Of a stretch of 64,000 bases of DNA, positions 62,481-64,000 are shown piece by piece. The notes beneath the pieces are model-generated. The model did not search any database and was not told the origin of the DNA. It saw only the letters and a list, made by a program, of their open reading frames with translations. Position 1 is the stretch's first letter. Every line of letters begins with the position of its first letter. The DNA comes from Calditrichota bacterium (lineage in GTDB: Bacteria > Calditrichota > Calditrichia > RBG-13-44-9 > J042), in the NCBI GenBank assembly GCA_013150955.1, contig JAADJD010000005.1, positions 31,096 to 95,095 of the forward strand. The letters run 5' to 3'. A program made the translations under genes and the position numbers.

Positions 62481-63287
62481 ATGCAATATCGCATGGCGAA
62501 CGGGAAATGGATGGTGTTGCTGGGTATCCTTGTCGGATTCATAACCGGCCTGGCGCAGGATCATCCGCACCAGGTGTTGAAGCGCGACTGTGGTAGCTGC
62601 CATACGCCGCAAGGCTGGAAGACCATCGTGTTTGATCATCAGCAGACAGCCTTTCCGTTGAGCGGACGTCATACCCAGGTGGCCTGTGTGGATTGCCACC
62701 GGGTGACCAATTTCAGTCAGGTCAATCGCGAATGTTCTCGATGTCATCTGGATGTGCACCAGGGGGGATTGGGTCAGGATTGCGAGCGGTGCCATTCCGC
62801 TGTGGGCTGGCAGATTTTTGACGCCATGGAAGTGCACCAGAACACCAATTTCCCGCTGCTGGGAGCCCACGAAAAACTGGATTGCAAAAGCTGCCATCGT
62901 CGGGAGGTGCTGTCGGAGTATCGTCTGCTTTCTTCCGAATGTCAGGATTGCCATTTAACCGATTTCCGTCAGGCGGTCAATCCGGTACACACTGAGCTGG
63001 GGTTTGGTTTGAATTGCGAAAATTGCCACGTGTTATTCTCCTGGCGACCCGCTTCCTTTCGGGAACACGATGCGTATTTTCCCATATTTTCCGGTTCCCA
63101 CGCGGGGGAATGGAGCCAGTGTGCCACCTGCCACATTCAGGAAGGGGATTACAAAGTCTTCAGTTGCCTGACCTGTCACGAGCATTCTCAGAGCCGCACC
63201 GATAGCGAACACGATGAGGTCAGCGGGTATGTGTACGACAGTCAGGCCTGCTATGCGTGTCATCCCACAGGGGAAGGGGAGGATTGA
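62481..63287 (+). CDS. Decaheme c-type cytochrome (10 CxxCH), same doubled-CXXCH family
   Basis: Signal/TM anchor MVLLGILVGFITGLA; 10 CxxCH motifs. Confidence 0.8.
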   Translation: MQYRMANGKWMVLLGILVGFITGLAQDHPHQVLKRDCGSCHTPQGWKTIVFDHQQTAFPLSGRHTQVACVDCHRVTNFSQVNRECSRCHLDVHQGGLGQDCERCHSAVGWQIFDAMEVHQNTNFPLLGAHEKLDCKSCHRREVLSEYRLLSSECQDCHLTDFRQAVNPVHTELGFGLNCENCHVLFSWRPASFREHDAYFPIFSGSHAGEWSQCATCHIQEGDYKVFSCLTCHEHSQSRTDSEHDEVSGYVYDSQACYACHPTGEGED

Positions 63288-64000
63288 TGATGAAGGGGAT
63301 TTTGTATGGATGGATGATCCTGTTTTTGTGGGTGACCCTACATGCCCGGTCTGCGGATACGATGCGAGTGCAGTACCAGACGCCGAATCTGGTGTATGTC
63401 AATCAGGGACGGGCACAGGGGTTGGCCTTGGGCGATACCTTACGGGTGATCCGAAATGGCCAGACCATTGCTCGCCTGGTGGTTCAGTATGTGTCATCCC
63501 GTTCGGCGGCCTGTCGGGTTGTGCAGGCGGATGCAGCGATTCGGGTGGGAGATCAAGTGGAACGGGTGGAGCCCGCCACGGCGATTGCGGAGTCCCCCAC
63601 GGAGGAATCGCCCCGGATGACGGATACGTCATTCGTCCGCCCGACGCCTCCAGAGCGCGTTCATCCCGAATCCGCCGTCCGTGAACAGAAAGCCGCCATC
63701 CGCGGTCATCTGGCCATTCAATTTTTTGGGGTGGACGATTTTTCCAGCAACAATCGCGATTATGGAGTACCCAACCTCTCTCTTCGGCTGCGGGCACAAA
63801 ATCTCTGGCGACGGGGAATGCACATCCACATTCGATTACGATCCCGCTATTACCAGCGGAATCAGCTGATACCGGGTGTGGTTCCACAGCAGGAATGGCG
63901 CAATCGTTTGTATGAAATGGCATTCATCTATGAACCATCCGGTGCTCGCCTGCATTATCGATTTGGCCGCTTGCTTACGGAGGTAATAAACGGAGTGGGG
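63288..64000 (+). CDS. Partial (3'-truncated by window) secreted protein, possible outer-membrane partner of the cytochromes
   Basis: ATG immediately after cytochrome stop; signal peptide MMKGILYGWMILFLWVTLHA; alternating hydrophobic pattern near window end; open to end of window. Confidence 0.45.

Overview
This 64 kb window reads as a single bacterial chromosomal segment, with gene content (T9SS C-terminal sorting domain, sigma-54 regulation) suggesting an FCB-group or Calditrichaeota-like organism at roughly 50% GC. The housekeeping blocks are exbB-exbD-exbD-tonB, aspS, phoH, a thiolase, nusB, secA, gap-pgk-tpiA, and a complete menaquinone operon menFDHBACE plus ubiE on the minus strand.

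The core of the window (30.5-43.6 kb) is a sulfur-oxidising heterodisulfide-reductase-like (sHdr) cluster. Gene order is tusA-like, tusA, dsrE, lplA-like lipoate ligase, dsrE, lbpA (GcvH-like), hdrC1, hdrB1, hdrA, hyp, then a fused hdrC2B2. It is followed directly on the same strand by etfB-etfA and a 694-aa membrane-anchored HdrD-like Fe-S oxidoreductase. Immediately upstream sit a sigma-54-dependent histidine kinase and NtrC-type response regulator, and there are two good sigma-54 -24/-12 promoter matches, one before the kinase and one before the sulfur cluster.

The 3' end (59.5-64 kb) carries a putative electron-conduit module: a di-heme cytochrome b membrane protein, a 20-heme and a 10-heme c-type cytochrome, and a partial secreted protein.

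The window is also rich in non-coding repeats. A MITE-like palindromic element (TIR ~AAACCCAGATTATGCA) occurs at at least 13 loci. An ~600-bp composite unit containing that element, (N)AATCCG heptamer runs and many GC hairpins is repeated about 4 times in tandem at 43.6-46.0 kb. Imperfect ~600-700-bp inverted repeats flank a 4.7-kb block of purine/MTA salvage genes at 17-22.9 kb.
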